Shown: piece by piece, positions 10,691 to 23,362 of the stretch
Layout of the letters: each line of letters opens with the position of its first letter
Numbering within the stretch: the stretch's first letter is position 1
The notes under the pieces: generated by a model
What the model was told of the DNA's origin: nothing
The model's database searches: none
Seen by the model: the letters and a program-made list of their open reading frames with translations, nothing else
Translations under genes and position numbers: made by a program
Assembly (NCBI GenBank): GCA_051362555.1
Contig: CM120645.1
Location: 22,692,001 to 22,756,000, forward strand
DNA: 64,000 nucleotides
Direction of reading: 5' to 3'
Source: Lingula anatina
Lineage: Eukaryota > Animalia > Brachiopoda

Positions 10691-12949
10691 CACACCATGC
10701 ACTGGATGCCTCTGATGGCAGGAAGGATGAGGTAATTTTAGATAGAAAGCCTCTTCTGCTCCAACCTTTTTACCAGATGACAGATGATCTCTCAGATATT
10801 TGGACATAGATTTTCTTAATCGTTCCTTATTTCCATCAATCTATAAGAATGAATAAATTAGCACATTTTAAAATTCCATTCCTACCGATAAATCTGATTC
10901 TTTTTGTCATACCTAATGAATGTTAACACCCACCTTATATTCAGGAAAGTACAATAAGTGTGTCATGTACACCATAGCTGGACAGTCTACTTTTTTTGAA
11001 TCCTGTTTTAATTTTCTTCTTTTGATGAAATTATGGTCCTTTTCCTGTAAAGTAGAACAAACAAAACAAATGCAATGTCCAGGTCCAATATGTGAATTGA
11101 TAAGGTATTAACCTTCATTATTGCATGCCTCACAAGATAACGACCTAATAGATATTAATTATTAATAATTGTTAAAGATCAGGTCAGGACTTACTCTGTG
11201 ACTGTTCACTCGCCAAATGCTGACACCTTCACCAGTTGGTTGAAAAAACTTTGATTTGGACATATTTTTTAATTTTTGTATGACCAGGAGTTTCAGCAAA
11301 AACTATTAAAACGGTAAAAGAACATTTTCTGTACTTTTTGAAAGATTAAAGGGGCTCTTTCTGATATCAGCAAAAATGAAACATAATTCAAACTTTTTGT
11401 AACGTATGTAGGTTATGATCTAAAGCAAAATTGACCTTCGTGGCAGATGGCAATTTAAAAAGTCCCAGAATTCCACGCGTAGGAAAGCAATGGTGAGAAG
11501 TGGAGACGAAAAAAAAAATGCTGCACTTTTTTTCCTTAGGCAATCTCAAAAACCTATCACTTGATCTTTATTTTCTCAACTGTTTCAGGTGAGGTATACC
11601 TTGGGGTTCATGAGAAAATAGACAAAGTTTCAGATAATTTTTTTTTAATGCTATATAACCGTCTATATCGGAAAGAGCCCCTTTAACTTAAAGGAAGCCC
11701 TAAAGGAAGTTTTCTTCCCTGATTTCAATCTCAGAAATACAAAGGATAAAAAAATGAATGTAGGAACAAAAAAGAAAATAATAAATACCTGTTGCTGTTC
11801 TTTCTTTTTCTTTCTATTTTCTTTCACCTTGGCATCCAAATCTGGACCCTGATGACAGGTCCACAGTTTTGTGCCCAAGAAAATGAAGGGAATTCCACTA
11901 AATGGGACACTGATTCCTCTCTCTGCTGTTATAGACCATTTTAGCAATTTTATTTGCCTGTTATCCTTGAACATATTGTGAGCAGGGGTTCCTACAATGT
12001 CAAGAAAATAGAAAATTTAGATTAGTAGGGCCACACTTTTTTATTTCGTTCGACAAAAAAAAGAAAAAAAAATGAACACCCAACAAAGTTGGTTGGTATA
12101 CCAACAAAATACATAAAGTAACCTTAAATAGATTTGGTAAAATGCAGCATATGTATTCATGACTTTTTTTTTACCTTTTTATGTTATGAAGTATTCACAA
12201 TGCTCTAATATTTTGAGAGCATGGATAAAGTGATATTGTTAGTGTGTTTGATACGTGTTTCTGTGGTTAAATTTGTGTTTCCAGCTGTATATAATTGTCA
12301 GCATTCCCTTTACTTGAGCAGTATTTTTTTCCTTTGGACTGTTTTTTTCCCCTCTTGCACCGATGTCGGGGTCCCCAGAGAATGTCATCCATAAAAATAA
12401 AAAAGTGTGGCCTTAGGGAAAATACAATAGGGCTGACTACAATGTACATGTACTTTTCTGCCATCCAGTCAAAATCGTTATTTGTGAGTCAAAATGCAAA
12501 CAAGCAAACATAATTAGCTAAAGTGTGTAGTAGGTAAACAAACACATTCAATCTGACATTGATAGGCGATCAGTCAATCAATCTGGCAATCATGCAATCA
12601 GTCAGTCAATCAACAAAATAATTAGTCCATTTAACAATCATCAGATCAGGACCTACCAGCAGTGGGCCAAATTTTGACAAAAGGTCAGCCTCACTGAACT
12701 TAGGGCCTACTTTATGTTGATAGATGAATGATAAAAGTTTTAAATTGATGTAAACATGGTAATGAAGGTTTTACCGATGTGATTATTCATCAAATTATTG
12801 TGATTACCAAACGTTTTCTCCGTTTTACAACACCGCCATGAACTTCGAGTTTCGTCTTTGTAGAACTCAAACGCCCGTAGCATCTCATCCATGGACGAAA
12901 ATCGGCAAACGGCCAGAGGCAATGTCTCGGCGGCGCTGGGGGCCGCCAT
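10691..12949 (-). CDS. Spliced CaRF/ALS2CR8-like DNA-binding domain protein, 5' part (exons 12949-12775, 11991-11789, 11044-10934, 10840-10691)
   Basis: GT-AG exons join in frame over 213 codons: VPFSGIPFIFLGTKLWTCHQGPD ... KKVDCPAMVYMTHLLYFPEYK ... FYLKLPHPSCHQRH, matching the C-C-H-H motif order of the CaRF domain; downstream exons not recoverable. Confidence 0.8.
11350..11682. mobile_element. Kolobok-like MITE in intron 2 of the CaRF-like gene
   Basis: TIR aggggctctttc(t/c)gatat; TTAA at 11346-11349 and 11683-11686. Confidence 0.8.
12029..12412. mobile_element. MITE with GGCCACAC termini in intron 1 of the CaRF-like gene (superfamily uncertain; Zator/Harbinger-like)
   Basis: ggccacacttttttattt ... 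aaataaaaaagtgtggcc inverted termini; TSD ambiguous (TA or TWA). Confidence 0.65.
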
Positions 12950-13073
12950 GTTGGATTTCTCACTTCCGTCCCGCTGCCGTCTATGATCTAGTGCTGACCC
13001 TGACCGGCGCTGGGGGCCGCCAAGTTGGATTTCTCACTTCCGTCCCGCTGCCGTCTGTGATCTAGTGCTGACC
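12931..13073 (-). repeat. Right TIR in two tandem copies (74-bp period); only the inner copy keeps the ATG (12949)
   Basis: 12931-12999 and 13005-13073 near identical; gccgccatg versus gccgccaag. Confidence 0.9.
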
Positions 13074-13842
13074 GTCTTCCAGGGATCTTTACTGTTTGGA
13101 GGGCGGAAAGTTAACATCCGGTATAGTTCAGTGCGGTCAAAGCGTGGTAAGGCCGGTGGCAATGGAAAGGGAAAATACTTCATTATATGACAGCTGTATA
13201 ATATTGGAGGTGAGGCAAAACCGAAACAGCAAACTTCCGTTAATATCGTGAATATTTTCTTCTTTTCTCTGAAATCTGCTTAGACAAGTACTACCTATCT
13301 CTTTCTCGATCGACACTACATACTAGTACATAGAGTACATGTACATGTAGTCTGCACTGCAGTTCCTGATGTTCCTGATACCTGTTTATCAGTATATGTG
13401 AAGATAAAACTGTTGTCTAGTGCTTTTCAGGTACATAATGAAAGTTGCTGATCCAGTAGGCTCCCCTCTTTGGACTCACAGTAACACACACACAGACACA
13501 CACACACACACATGTACACGAAAGAGAGATAGCATCAAATAAAACAACTCCACTATACAGGTTCCGTACTTACCTGTATATAGTGTACAGTACGATTTTG
13601 AGTTTGTGAACAGACTGACAGTATGTTCAACTTATTCTGTTACCCTGTTGTATGTTCTGCAGGGTACACATTGTACACATTGAACACATGAATTGATGTC
13701 ATCTAAACTGTAACATGATTTGCATCACATGTACAAATGTTCAAGTAGCAGATAGTAATTAGGAAAGTTTGATTCAGACATTTTTTAAATGCACCGAGCT
13801 CTACATTATGCTAATTTTATCACTTAGGTTTAGAACAACAGG

Positions 13843-15180
13843 ATGCCAAGAAGAAAAGTCTTCTATGAGGTGTGTGACAGGATCCAGCCAGTCCCCACCA
13901 GAATATTCAGCCTTCTACTGGTGCTTCTGCAGGGCGCTCTTCTAGACGCCTTCCTCTTCCTCCACTATGGGGGGAACTGGTACTGGTGGTTTGTGGCCGA
14001 TCTCGCCACAGCCGTTGTGTTCATTGCGGCATTTGTGGTGGCTGGGAAGTACTACAAGAGGACTAAACATAACAAGATGGAGCCAGAGTCACATTTGATC
14101 CAAGGGCGTGTTCTGGGTCTTCTTCCCCTGGGGTACATAGCCTGGTTCACTTACTCGGGGCTCATGGTCCCCCGTGTTGCCCTAATCTTCAAACATATAG
14201 CCGCAGGGCTGGATGAAAAAGACATCCTTGGTCCAAACTTTCTGAAAACGGCTCTGGCATTGACTGCTCCGATTTTCCTGCTCATGGTGCTGAGTCAGCA
14301 CAATAAGAAACAGACGCAGGAGAGAAAACATTATATAGAGACCTTGGTGAATGTGGTGCCCTTTGATATCCTAGACAGTGTGGAGTTTCTGGAGATATTG
14401 TTTGTGCAGGAGTCAAGGCTTGTTTTGCCTTTCACTTTGGAGGATTTTATCATAGCGTTTCCCTGCATTAATCTCATTATCCCAGGTACAGTGGTTTAAA
14501 GTTGAAGCTTGTGAGTTTTGTGTTAGTGCCATGGCCCATAGGCAAGCCATAAAGAAGTAATAGAAAAAATAGTTATATTTTCATTTGATTTTTGACATTA
14601 TATGAAAATTTGAAGTGTTTCTTTTCTTAAGCATTAGGTATTAAATTTTGAAGTATTTGTTTATTATGCATGGGATATGGAAATTTAAAGTTTGTCTTCT
14701 TTGCTTTTTTAATGATCCAGGGATCCCAGAATTGTAATCGAAACATACTAACTGAAATATAAAATTACAAAATGAATCATTGTATTATTTATTTTTTCTG
14801 CAGGTTTTTGCTTTGTAGTCCTGAGTCAGAGTTTCTATGGAGAGCGTCCGTTGTCCAGAGGATTCCAGTTCATATACACTTTATCCCACATACTTCTGGT
14901 CAATGTGCCCTTCTTAACCATCCGCATGTACCTATGGCACCTGCTGAGCCAGGACATCTCTGTCTTCCTCATCAAGAACATTATGATGATCTGCCTTGGG
15001 GTCAATGACCTGTATGAACTGTGTGGTGAGAGTGATGACGATGGTGTAGATGGCGCCGGTGCTGATGGGGAGCCAGGAGAAGCCATGGAGTTACAAGACA
15101 GGCCACCCAGCAGGGTTGTTCCAATAGAAGATGGTGAACATGGTGATGATGAGGAACAGCCTCACACAGTTTTTATATAA
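13843..15180 (+). CDS. TMEM121/CECR6-family multi-pass membrane protein, ~339 aa (exons 13843-14485, 14804-15180)
   Basis: Several hydrophobic helices; motifs LQGALLD, WFVADL, LPLGYIAWFTYS, LGPNFLKTAL, DILDSVEFL, NVPFLTIR, VFLIKN; CCAG/gtacag and ttctgcag/GT join the two ORFs in frame. Confidence 0.8.
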
Positions 15181-18100
15181 TGCTGGTCATGTCTGTGCTC
15201 TGTCTAGGTCTGTTTATTTGAGACTTGTTTTATAGGAAACTATATTCAAAGGAGTGAATATTTTACTGGAGAAAAGGTTCTGATAAGACTTCCCCATTGA
15301 TCTCAGATTGTATTTATTTTTACTAGTTGGTGCTGTTTTGTCTGTCAGATGAAAGTGGCACATGTACTTAACAGACGCTGTAATGCAAGGATTTGATATA
15401 CCTCCTTGAATATCAACAAACATCTTAAGCCCATTTAAAAATTTTTTTAAAATATGTTTTGTTCATGGTTTGGATCAGCATTTGCATTGCAATATTTCCT
15501 TCAGTATGAATTTTGTGTGTTTGTGTTTTAATTTGATTTATTAAGACATTAATTTGTCCTTGAATGCGGAAAGTTTTGTTTCCTATTTGATAAAATTTCA
15601 TTTTTGCTTTTACATTTAGCATGTGTTTTCAGTTTTGATTTGGCTTTTGAACTTTGTATATTATTATTTGCAAAACATTCAGTCATTCACATGACTATTT
15701 ATCATATTGTTAGTGCAAGCAAAGAAGAACAATATGTGTGTTTCTTCTAGTTCAAATAGTATCCATAGTGTTGGATTTTACTACCATATTTCATATAAAA
15801 CAATACCTGTAGATCTAGGCATTGCATAACTAGATGATTTTTCTTTGTTTATACACGTATATAAATATATATATTTTTGGTCAGAAGTGATTGAACTTTG
15901 CGGGCCTTTATAGCAAGGTGAAAATGAAACGCAACGACTCTAGCTTTGTATATTTGAATTTTTCATGATGATTAGTGCTTAGCAGTATGCTCGATGTGGT
16001 GAAATACTCGATGTAATTATGTGAAGTAATATTTTGCCGATGGTCACAAGTTTACACGTAACGTAATACAATGGTGCTTTGTGAAAATTTTATACCAAAG
16101 TTTTCTAGTACGTGAAGTGTTTTTTGACAATCTTAAATAAAATATATTTAAAATACAGGTTATGTTTGGCTATCTACACATGTAATTTCGATAAATACGT
16201 AGATTATACTATGACCAGATAATAAGTACAAGATTTCATTGTCAAAATGTTTTATTAAAATCAAAAGCACGTCGATTACATAATACAATTTTTGCTTATC
16301 CATCAATAGTAGCAGTAAATACTGAGAAGAACTCTGGATAGAAACTTATTAATTTGAGCTGTGTGGCTGATACAAATGTACATAGCATATAGTTAAAGTA
16401 CAAAAAAGAAAACTCCCGCGTCTAAAATTTCTCTCACGTTTACAATAGCTGTTTGAGTTAATCACCAAATATCGTAGCAAGTAATACTGTATGCGTTTGA
16501 GATAATGACAAAGCGTTTTACCAAAATTGTTTAAAACACCCACATTGCCTTGAATTTTGAATTGAGACAGTCTCCATAACGGCGATGCATAGTCCGCATT
16601 TCGCAGGGCGAATTTGAGCAGAATTTTTTTAAAACCACATTTGGTTTCTTGAACAAATATAGTATGAATACTGAATATCACATGGATTTGACCATCGTAA
16701 AGTCATCAATTACTTTGAACAATAATACTCGGATTGATACAGTTCTGGTACATACAACGTACTTACTATTACATAAAAAATTGAGCAAAGGTGTTAATTG
16801 ATCACAGCATGTTATTCATCACTTCATCTCCATATTTGATTGAAAATAAGCAAAATGATCTGCATTAATGTTTGATACAAACACGGGCACTATAAAACGA
16901 ATATGTACCTAAAAGAGAAGCATGATTCCTATGTTCTAAATTATAAATTTTGATGAAATATCCAATTGAGCAAAGAACAGAAATGCACATACACAGAAAA
17001 CAAGGAAATTCGTGGTAATATACAGGGAATGACATCAAATGATGGTTGGCACGTTTCTTGCGCATGCAGAAAAGTTGAGCAATATGATGATGAACGAACA
17101 CACACTACGATTAGATGAGATCAAAGAGAGACGACTTAACATCGAAAGTACCACCCAGAAAGTAACCCCTTACATTTCCCTAGAATATCATAGCTCTGTA
17201 CCGAAGGACCAATGCGATTTGATCGTTGTGTATAATTTCACTGATATTATCATAATACTGACATTTTGGAACACAGAAATAACGTTTGAACTATCTCGGA
17301 TTTTTTCCAGACTTTAAGTTGATTGAGTATAATATTGTCAAAATAATGAAATAGCGATCGATCTTGCAATGTAAAACTATACAGGGTTGTTTTATATACA
17401 AAGTCTTTGAAAATGAAGCAACCTGAGCACCAAGCGTATTGACTAATATGGCGAACCGTCCAGGAGAAGCGTTATCTATGGAACGAAGAAGCAGACGAAT
17501 GTCGTGCCAGGGATGAATCAGAGGCTTGAACGAGTAGCAGAGAGAGCATTTTAACATTTTTTTCACACCAATTTAGCTTTCATATTTTTGGACACCCCTT
17601 CCCTCCTTCTCTCCCCCCCCCCCCCCAACCCTCTCCCAGTCAATATAAAATTCACCTTCTCTCACTCAGTCTCGTTACAACCCTACTAGAAGCACATTGA
17701 TCTGTTTCTTCGACCACATGATTATACATGTCCCGGGCCCGATTAGCTCCAATCGGGGCGGTCTGAAAGGTCTACGCTAGGCCGCCTGGTGCCGCTGCCC
17801 ACTGGTTTAGTGATGCTAGTATTCCGGGATTTGGGTGGTGGGTTCCTCTTGCGAAAGTGTTCTAATGGAGGGATGAGAGCTGAAAAGTATAAAATGTATG
17901 GGTTAAATGATGGCATGTGCATTTTCTAGCGAGAAGCTTGCAGTTTCTCTTGGCATTTAGACCATATGGAAAAAAACGTTATTATGAGTTGTGAATCGTG
18001 CTATCGTGAAAAATTCACCCGCGGCATGTCATGGGTGACCTTTCTGCAGTAATATCTGGTAGAACAGAAATATGGCCTAACACTGACAAAGACGGATGCA

Positions 18101-18752
18101 AATAATTGATTCAAAGTGAAACTTCGATCCATAGATTTTTACTTTCTTAAATAAAAAATATGACTCTTATTTAAAGGACTAAAATTTAATAAACTTTACT
18201 GTAATCTCATTGAGCGATATGCATGCAGAACGTGATTTTCTGCGTGCAAATTCTCAAATGTGTACATATATACAAGTGGTTTGTGCCACGCCCTTGAGTG
18301 TCTACGCGTAGAACTATCGGTGTCAAAGTCATATGCTACGGTTTCAAATAAAAAAACACAGCATTTCTACTTCTACTAACGCACTTCTATTACTACTTCT
18401 GCTGCTGGTGCTGCTGCTCGAGTACTTCAAACTAAACTTATTACTGCTACAACTATACTAGTGGATGTACCAATATCGTTGCAGCAGCAACACCAGCGGC
18501 ATCTATCGGTTACTACTACTACTACTACCACTATTTCTACTAGGGTTACTACTTTATCACATCAAATCAATGGTATTAGTGCATCTGCTAAAGATAAAAC
18601 AACAACTTCTAGAAGTTGAGGGCGTCTTCACTACAAAAGAGAAGAGTTAGAATGACAATATGAGGCGTTTCTAAAAGTAAACAACCAACGGTGCGTGCAT
18701 CTCTACCGCAGATTGTGCTACCACAAACAATGTGACTACGTAAAATTACCGA

Positions 18753-21700
18753 TTATGTTCTTGGCGCGTTGCCAATTCCTAGTACTGTTTTGTATGAACC
18801 GATACCGTATCTTCCAACTGAAAATGAAGGAGAAATAAAACACATGCCAACATAATACAATGCACACAAGAGTATAAGCGCTTATAGCAACGATGACGAT
18901 GATATTTGAAACAATTTTCAAGAAAAAAGGTGAAATTAAATTTATATTTTCAGAAGAGAGCGTTGAAAAAGACACGTAATGAAAATAAATAAAAAGCGGT
19001 CAGAAAGATCTTAAACAGAAATGTGGAAATAGTAATTAACTTATTCAAAATCATTGATTCAACCTGCGAAGAAACTTCATATTCTTATCACTGCCCCCCC
19101 CCTCCAAAAAAATTAACAAAGAAAATCTGCCAACATTCGATCTTTTCAACAAGCCAAAAATAAAATAAAATAAAATAATTAAAAATAATAAATTGGAGGT
19201 ATTTAAAGACCTCATGCAAAAAAGCAATGATAGAGAAAAGAAATTTCACACCATTTAAGATAGTAACCTGTAATTTCTGGGTAACACTCTTCGTGGTTGG
19301 GAATTGTTTATGATCACATTTGATCACGACAACTGTCCCAGTGACAAAATCTAAACTATTCTGTTTAATCACTCACATTTCGTAGGCTCTGGCCTCTTTA
19401 TCAACCAGTACTGGAACCCTTCCTTTGCTCTCTGGTTGAACGTTGTGTGCAGCTTTTCTTTATATGTCAGGCTTTTTGGGCGCTAGAAAAAAAGAGATAC
19501 ACGAGTGTAAATATTATTGTAGTTCTTAAAAAGACGGCCATAGAATAGGGCCTAGTTAGTTTGATATTTGTACGGACTCTGAGTTGAATAGAAAAATTGT
19601 TTTACGGTGACAGGCAGTACGGTAGGGTTGCAACTGGCTAATTTGGTCGTCACATGTAGCATTACTAAACATAATACAGGCCACTAATGTCATTGTCTGG
19701 TTAGGCCTACCTTGTTATAGCTTCCTGGCAAGTTACCGCCGAGATGTTGGGCAAGTATATCGTCAAAGCGCTGTTCCTTTGGTATTTGGGACACCGTGCC
19801 GTCAGCCTCAAATCGGAAGCGCACCTGCCCGTGACCTGCCGACTCGCGATTCCAAGCGTCGTCATTGCGTATGAACTTCAGGTAATCGTCTGTTGACCTT
19901 AAAGTGACTTGATCTGTGGATTTAAATAAAATTAAAATATTTTTGTTATTTGAACGATGAAGAAAAGTGTAGAAATAATAATACTATTAATGATAATACT
20001 TAATTGAGCACTAAAATGTTTATAAATTACATTGTACAGGCTCTCTACACGAATAGTTTTTACGTTTATACAAAATACACTTATGATGATAAAAGATAAT
20101 AAGTTAACTAAATTATAATGATAACATGAAGAAAACATTGGATCAGCAATTCGGTTTCTATAATTTCATAAGACAGTTTACTGAGTTGCTGTGGTTATCT
20201 GTTGACACGTGTCATTCCGAAAACTTTAAATAATTTTTTCTGGGCACAATTAAGTTTTCAGAAACACATACTCCCAGTATATGCCGATATGCTCCTGTGT
20301 ATCCATGTACTGAACTTCTAATGTAGAGAATGAGAGAGAGAAGGACAGAGAGTGACTTACCACTCTGTTGTGGCATACTCCAAGTTGGTCCTATGTCCAT
20401 CCTCCTCACTCCTGCTGGGGCAGAGTATGACAGCGCCTGGAAAGTCCAATATAAAGATATGCAAATATAATACTACCATAACTTCTATGTTGTTATTTTT
20501 CAACTGGAATCACGTTTTGTATGTGGTGTGAATAAAGAAACATACACGGAGTTCATGTATACCTATCGTCTAATATGGGACAGTTCAATAATAGCAATAA
20601 ATCCTTCAATATTTGTTTTTAAGCGTTTATTTGCCTAAGATAGGAGGAGGCATGATTTACACAAGAGTCAAATGTATACTCACTCAAGTAGGCCTACTTG
20701 ACAGCAGGAATGAGTGCGTGCGTGTATGTGTGTTTTACGAGAAGTCTGCAGTATGGTGCTAAAAACGATTTGTATTTGAAAACCATGAAGGTGTGAACGT
20801 TAAAAAAACCAATTTGATATACGTGAATGGTGTATATGGGCCAGTTTGATAGTACCTACCCGTAGTTTCATCTTGGCCCAGTGGTCTGTGTTTCCCTTGG
20901 GTCTGACGGCCACGGGGTCATACCGGGACCAGAACGTCATCCTGCCACAGAAATAAGACAATATACTTCATTTAGTTGCTCCAATGCAAAATGTGTACAT
21001 TCAACATGTAGACGTGCCAAAATGTCGAAGTTATTAATCAAGGCATTCTAGACATGCACAGAAAAAAAATACAGTATATGATGAAAACGAATTGCCCTAC
21101 TTACTGTACTTGCACAGTTATTGCCTTACATCAAGTGTTTTAAGTAGCTCCGTTATAACTCATTTATATGCCGCCATTTAATATAGCAGACATTTCACGT
21201 GCTGTAGGATTTAATAAGCCTATGAAGTATAGGCATGCAGACCTTGATTATAACAGTATAGCGATTTGCCGGGTTTTGATTGGCCCTAGATAATTCTGAG
21301 ACAGGTAACGGATTAGTGAGGATTATGAAGAGTTGACGGCTGCGGGTGGTGGTGGTGGTGGTGGTGGCTGGTTGGGGGGTGGGGGGGGGGGAGGGGGGGA
21401 GGTTTTATGAAAAATTATATATCTTGAATATGTTGAGTGGGGCTGGGGGTTTCTTGTTGTTTTAGGTTGTGTCTAGTTGGGTCCTAACTTTAAAAACTAA
21501 TGATTCATATAAAAGTAGAGCATTTATATTTAGTCGATGTTTACTTCATTTTTGGCACATTATTTCAATTTTCGTCCTGAAGGAATATAATTTATATATT
21601 TTTAAAGTTTTTTTTTACCTTGGAATCACTTTAATAGAAGATTGTTATCCATATGCCATCTTAGAATTCATTTTTTACATTTTGATATATATATATATAT

Positions 21701-21905
21701 GAACAAATGTATTAGTGTAATAAACATGAATTCTAAATCACGATGCTAGAAGAGCAAACAGCAACGACACATTTCTATACCCTAATTGAGACGCAGAGTT
21801 CATTTCATTGTTCTTGTTTTGTTGTTATTATTCATAGTATAAACAATCTCGTTATACTCACTCTGTCTTCCTTGGGGGAGGGGGTAAAACTGCCATCTGA
21901 GACAT
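18753..21905 (-). CDS. Uncharacterised ~191-aa protein, six coding exons (21905-21862, 20941-20860, 20436-20361, 19913-19711, 19482-19377, 18817-18753)
   Basis: All junctions GT-AG with compatible phases; MSQMAVLPPPPRKTEMTFWSRYDP...ALSYSAPAG...YLKFIRNDDAWNRES...GFQYWLIKRPEPTKFGRYGIGSYKTVLGIGNAPRT; third-position bias versus the duplicate (6 synonymous, 4 non-synonymous codons in exon 3). Confidence 0.8.
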
Positions 21906-23301
21906 CGTGTGTGATCCACAAGTTCCCTTATTTCTTCAACGGAAGAGATATAACTGGAACTTTTTTTACCAGTAAAATGCTCCACTGACGCGTCTTGAGC
22001 TTAGCGTCCCCTTATTTCTCAACACAAAAATAACTGGGACTGTAGTCACTGGCAGGCAGCGTTCTCAGACCGAGTGTCAAGCTTCGTCCGACGTGCGAAT
22101 TGAGGGAGATGAAGGCGCTTGAATACTTCTTCAACACTCTCACAAAAAAAATGTGCTCAAAAATCAAAAAACGTGCGATTCTCTACTGTAACTACTACAA
22201 ATCTAAAGTCAGACTACCAGCCGTGTAGCGTTCAGCTGAGCTCCGACTATGAATGGTTCCCAACGAGCCTCTCGGCCTAGCAACGAACAACAAAAGTTCC
22301 AAAGTTCGAGTGTTTACACAGGATCAATCTCGCAATGGCGACCACAATGGCAGCGGCATGGTGATATTGATGGTCGATTGTTATTGATGAATTGGGCCTT
22401 GCTTCGCGTGTAATCATGTAATAAATGTTGTGGTAAATGAGCCATCGGCGTATGAATTGAAGGCGTTGATGTAATGAGATATAATAACACACAATGAACT
22501 CGGAATTATGCCTGGCTTTAGCTTGAGTACATTGGGCTGAGTTACATTAGCAGCGTGCCTCGGGAGGTCTATGCATATATTAAATTAAGGATATGGTATA
22601 TACTGGTATTTCTTCGCGCTTGAAGTCACACTAAGCAAAATGATATCATAATAATCCAACAAATGTGCTTGAGTCTTAATGCACCGGATAATAAATATAT
22701 TTGATTTGAAAAGTTGTAAGTTGAATTGAAAAAAAAAACGCGCTTTTTAACATGTAACTACATGTAAGTGTAAGTTTTGTCAACGTATTTTAAAATTGAA
22801 TAACCTGGTCACATTGAAACAAAAATGTAGAAATTGATTATGTAATTATGAATTAATAATTCATAAAATTATGAATTAATCGCGTTGTTATATTTAATGA
22901 CTCAGTCAATACGTTTGCAGTATTTCGTATATGAGAAGTTGGTCTGACTATATAAATTGTCGATGTCATAAAAAATTCACAAACAATACTTTAAGAGGCA
23001 CATGTTCTATGATGTATAGGCTCGTCTACGTATATTAACCAATATATGTTGTCTAACGTTAATGCATGCCGTACGTCGTTCTTGTTAAGGTGTGGACGTT
23101 TTTATTTTTAATAGCTGTGTTACTTAAAGAGTGCAAGTATGTCCAAATATGTTTGATATTGCCAGTGAATCAGAAATTCAGTCGTTTGTTGATTTTTATT
23201 ACCTAAAAACATGCTTTTTCTGTAAAACTCCTGTAATAGCAAGTGACCAGCGCAACATAGGGTTTGTCAGATTGTATTATTTTATATAAGAAGCCAGGCA
23301 A

Positions 23302-23362
23302 TGAATGCAACAGGTGAACCGAGCGTCTGTCACGTGACCGAACGTCTCCTGCGTCACGTAAG
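23302..23362. promoter_or_regulatory. Conserved upstream motif cluster (GTCACGTGAC E-box and TGCGTCACGT CRE-like site); second copy at ~27932-27992
   Basis: Near-identical island in both duplicates amid diverged flanks, upstream of the minus-strand gene. Confidence 0.5.

Larger units (their letters stand above)
1563..13073. mobile_element. Large TIR DNA transposon (MULE-like by inference), internally deleted, with at least five nested insertions
   Basis: 62-bp TIR at 1563-1624 matches the reverse complement of 12934-12995 with 2 mismatches; right TIR tandemly duplicated (13005-13073); encloses CaRF-like, Ulp1-like and PHD coding segments; no clean TSD and no DDE domain recognised. Confidence 0.7.

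Noticed and set aside
9922-12412. A single 2.5-kb element bounded by the GGCCACAC inverted repeats with TTA duplications
   Set aside because: Three in-frame exons of the CaRF-like gene lie inside, and 12412 already has a partner end at 12029; two separate insertions fit better
20900-20945. Selenocysteine readthrough at a TGA shared by both duplicates
   Set aside because: The synonymous-change pattern supports a different frame that needs no readthrough
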